Shown here: in pieces, positions 56,157 through 58,163 of the stretch
Layout: each line of letters opens with the position of its first letter
Position numbering within the stretch: the first letter of the stretch is position 1
Translations under genes and position numbers: made by a program
The notes under the pieces: generated by a model
What the model was told of the DNA's origin: nothing
What the model saw: the letters and a program-made list of their open reading frames with translations, nothing else
Databases searched by the model: none
From: a virus
Taxonomy: Duplodnaviria; Caudoviricetes
Virus record (IMG/VR): IMGVR_UViG_3300032236_000551
Location: 1-58,163 of that record
DNA: 58,163 bases
Strand: one strand, 5' to 3'

Positions 56157-56867
56157 ATGACACAGGCAGTTAAAAAAGACGAAGATTGGATGCAAAAGAA
56201 ATGGCGTCCAGCCATGGGTTGGATGTATATGGTTGTATGTTTCTTTGACATGGTCATATTCCCAATTCTTTGGGCACTGATTCAATCTCTTTCGCATCAA
56301 CAATTAGTTCAGTGGAATCCACTAACGCTACAAGGTGCTGGGTTATTCCATATCGCCATGGGTGCTGTTCTTGGTATCGCTGCATTTGGTCGCACACAAG
56401 AGAAATTAGCAGGTACTGCTGCAAACCCAACAGCAACTACACAAACAACAAATACTAACATGACTGGCGTTCCATCTGGCATGGGAATGAATAATGGTAT
56501 GGGTGGTGCAGGTGGTTTTGGTGGTTCAACTGGTGGTTTCGGAGGAGCAGGAAATGGCGGATTCGGTGGTTCATCAATGGGCAGCACTCCAGCATTTGGC
56601 GCACCTCAAACAGGAGGATTCGGAGCACCAAGTAGTTTTGGTTCACCAGCACCAACATCCAGTTTTCCAACACCACCAGCATCAGGATTTGGAGCAACCC
56701 CAGCACCTTTCAACCAAGGCGCAACTAGTCCAGCAGCAGTAGCTGCGCCAGTTACTAATCCAGCTGCAAATACTGCTGATCCATCAGTAGACTTGGGCTT
56801 ACATCCTGAAGATCCTCCAGCAAGAAATACTAGAAGTGACGGTATTGAAACTGAGGGCACAATATAA
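56157..56867 (+). CDS. holin-like membrane protein (GTA-type 3TM holin family-like) with FG/Pro-rich tail
   Basis: WRPAMGW.Y...FDMVIFP hydrophobic helix, QWNPLTL, FHIAMGAVLGIAAFGRTQEK; AGGAG RBS. Confidence 0.7.
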   Translation: MTQAVKKDEDWMQKKWRPAMGWMYMVVCFFDMVIFPILWALIQSLSHQQLVQWNPLTLQGAGLFHIAMGAVLGIAAFGRTQEKLAGTAANPTATTQTTNTNMTGVPSGMGMNNGMGGAGGFGGSTGGFGGAGNGGFGGSSMGSTPAFGAPQTGGFGAPSSFGSPAPTSSFPTPPASGFGATPAPFNQGATSPAAVAAPVTNPAANTADPSVDLGLHPEDPPARNTRSDGIETEGTI

Positions 56868-56871
56868 TAAA

Positions 56872-57288
56872 ATGAAAATTGATAATAATTTGAGTGAAGT
56901 TTTTAATATGAACCCAATTGAAAAGATAACAGGTGAAATTGTTGTTGCTGAAACTGGTGAAATAATACAAACTCAAGAAGGTAAGGTTGAATCTGATTAC
57001 GATAAAACAAGATCTAACCTTCTTGAATTGCTACAGAAAGGGCAGGATGCTCTTTCTCACGCTTTGGATGTAGCCAAATCTAGTGAACACCCAAGAGCAT
57101 TTGAGGTGGTTGGTAATTTGATGAAACAAGTAGCAGATATCAATACGCAGTTGATGGATCTTCATCAACAAAAACAAAAATTGGACGAGCCAAAAGGCGG
57201 AGCCAAAAATGTAACAAACAACGCTATCTTTGTAGGTAGCACCAGTGAGTTGAATAAATTGATCGATAAGATGAATAAAGGAGAGTGA
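56872..57288 (+). CDS. gp16: terminase small subunit
   Basis: DYDKTRSNL..L..KG..AL..ALDVAKSSEHPRAFEV, VTNNAIFVGSTSEL; ATG 56872 preferred over GTG 56836. Confidence 0.9.
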   Translation: MKIDNNLSEVFNMNPIEKITGEIVVAETGEIIQTQEGKVESDYDKTRSNLLELLQKGQDALSHALDVAKSSEHPRAFEVVGNLMKQVADINTQLMDLHQQKQKLDEPKGGAKNVTNNAIFVGSTSELNKLIDKMNKGE

Positions 57289-57291
57289 GTT

Positions 57292-58002
57292 ATGGCATTG
57301 CCAAGAATGAGTACAGCATTATATAAGTTAGAAATTCCTTCTAGTGGTGAGAAGATTACATTTAGACCATTTTTGGTTAAAGAAGAAAAGTCTCTTTTGC
57401 TGGCGCAGCAAAGTGAAGATCTAGATGTTTTAATTCCTACACTAAAACAAATTGTAAAAGATTGTGTTCAAGAACCAATCGATCCAGATAAACTAGCAGT
57501 GTTTGATATTGAATATATTTTTACTCAAATCCGTGCTAAATCTGTTGGTGAAGTTGCTGAGTTAATTTTTACTTGCGGTCACTGCGATCAGGAAAAGAAT
57601 AAAGTTAAGATTCAAATTGATCTAACTCAAATACCAATTATTCGTGATCCAGACCATACGAATAAAATCCATTTGTTTGACGATTGTGGTGTAATTATGA
57701 ACTACCCAAATCTAGAAACATTTAGAAAAGCTGACGGAAAGACTACAGATATTGATGTAGTTATGGAAGTAGTTATTGATTGTATTGATGCAATCTATAC
57801 TGGTGATGAAGTGTTTTACGCTAAGGAACAAACAAAAGAAGAGTTGACAGAGTTTGTTATGAACTTAACGAAACAACAATTCGATAAATTAGAAAACTTT
57901 TTTGTCAGCATACCAAAATACAGACAGCATATTGAATTCGACTGTCCTGCCTGTGGTGCTCATAATGAAACTAATTTGGAGGGACCAGCCAGTTTTTTTT
58001 GA
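57292..58002 (+). CDS. gp26: gp26-like baseplate hub / tail assembly chaperone
   Basis: MALP, FRPFLVKEEK.LL, FDIEYIF.QIRAKSVGE, CxxC pairs (CGHC, CPAC), LEG..SFF end. Confidence 0.88.
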   Translation: MALPRMSTALYKLEIPSSGEKITFRPFLVKEEKSLLLAQQSEDLDVLIPTLKQIVKDCVQEPIDPDKLAVFDIEYIFTQIRAKSVGEVAELIFTCGHCDQEKNKVKIQIDLTQIPIIRDPDHTNKIHLFDDCGVIMNYPNLETFRKADGKTTDIDVVMEVVIDCIDAIYTGDEVFYAKEQTKEELTEFVMNLTKQQFDKLENFFVSIPKYRQHIEFDCPACGAHNETNLEGPASFF

Positions 58003-58090
58003 TTAATCTCAGTCATGAGTCGTTGGCCAACTATTATAAAACCAACTTCGCTCTGATGCAGTATCACAAATACTCTCTGACTGAGATTGA
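57978..58090 (+). promoter_or_regulatory. putative -1 programmed ribosomal frameshift cassette
   Basis: GGAGGG (57978-57983), slippery T TTT TTT (57993-57999) directly before TGA, and stem 58003-58015 pairing with 58078-58090. Confidence 0.7.
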
Positions 58091-58163
58091 AGATATGATT
58101 CCGTTTGAAAGGGACATATATGTTGCTATGCTGGTTCAATACTTAGAAGAAGAAAAACAAAGA
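57999..58163 (+). CDS. gp51: gp51-like C-terminal module in the -1 frame of gp26; runs off the window edge
   Basis: LINLSHESLANYYKTNFALMQYHKYSLTEIEDMIPFERDIYVAMLVQYLEEEKQR, open to the edge; no ATG until codon 20. Confidence 0.8.
   Translation, partial: MINLSHESLANYYKTNFALMQYHKYSLTEIEDMIPFERDIYVAMLVQYLEEEKQR

Noticed and set aside
56836-56871. GTG-initiated N-terminal extension of gp16 in the ORF track
   Set aside because: It overlaps the holin-like gene by 32 nt; ATG 56872 follows that gene's stop by 4 nt and gives a typical gp16 length.
57993-58002. gp26/gp51 as a pseudogene or homopolymer sequencing error
   Set aside because: gp26-like proteins of T4-like phages commonly end in ..SFF as here, and the SD and stem around the run fit programmed frameshifting better. 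A read-level check is still needed.
1-58163. Stop-codon reassignment as seen in some large phages
   Set aside because: Core genes are full length in code 11, and TAA, TGA (e.g. 25767, 55228) and TAG (43013, 56145) all end genes at sensible boundaries.

Overview
The window is a contiguous, intact virion-morphogenesis region of a large AT-rich T4-like myophage read in standard genetic code 11. No tRNA, rRNA, CRISPR array, integrase or recognisable mobile element was seen. A ~54 kb minus-strand late block runs, in transcription order: gp48, gp53, gp27-like hub, gp5, PAAR, gp25, gp6, gp7, gp8, a 2262-aa DUF4815-type protein, a ~23 kb fibre/adhesin cluster (where T4 has genes 9-12/wac), gp13, gp14, gp15, gp17, gp18, gp19, gp20 and prohead-core genes. 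A divergent plus-strand block carries gp4, gp2, a gp54/gp19-like tube protein, a holin-like membrane protein, a relocated gp16 and gp26/gp51-like genes. T4-type late promoters of the form (T/C/A)TAAATA precede many genes. Most notable observations: (1) a complete -1 ribosomal frameshift signal joining the gp26-like and gp51-like ORFs, resembling lambda G/GT; (2) a fibre cluster whose proteins carry recurring N-terminal domains and short C-terminal peptide tags, suggesting a plug-and-socket branched fibre system; (3) three tandem, mosaic glycine-rich adhesin paralogs followed by a small Cys-rich gene; (4) a gp5 spike with both a GH19-like and a C-terminal CHAP/NlpC-like hydrolase; (5) a triple-hairpin leader that occludes an RBS; (6) the small terminase gene ~50 kb from the large subunit. 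All family calls come from motif recognition and synteny, not from database searches.
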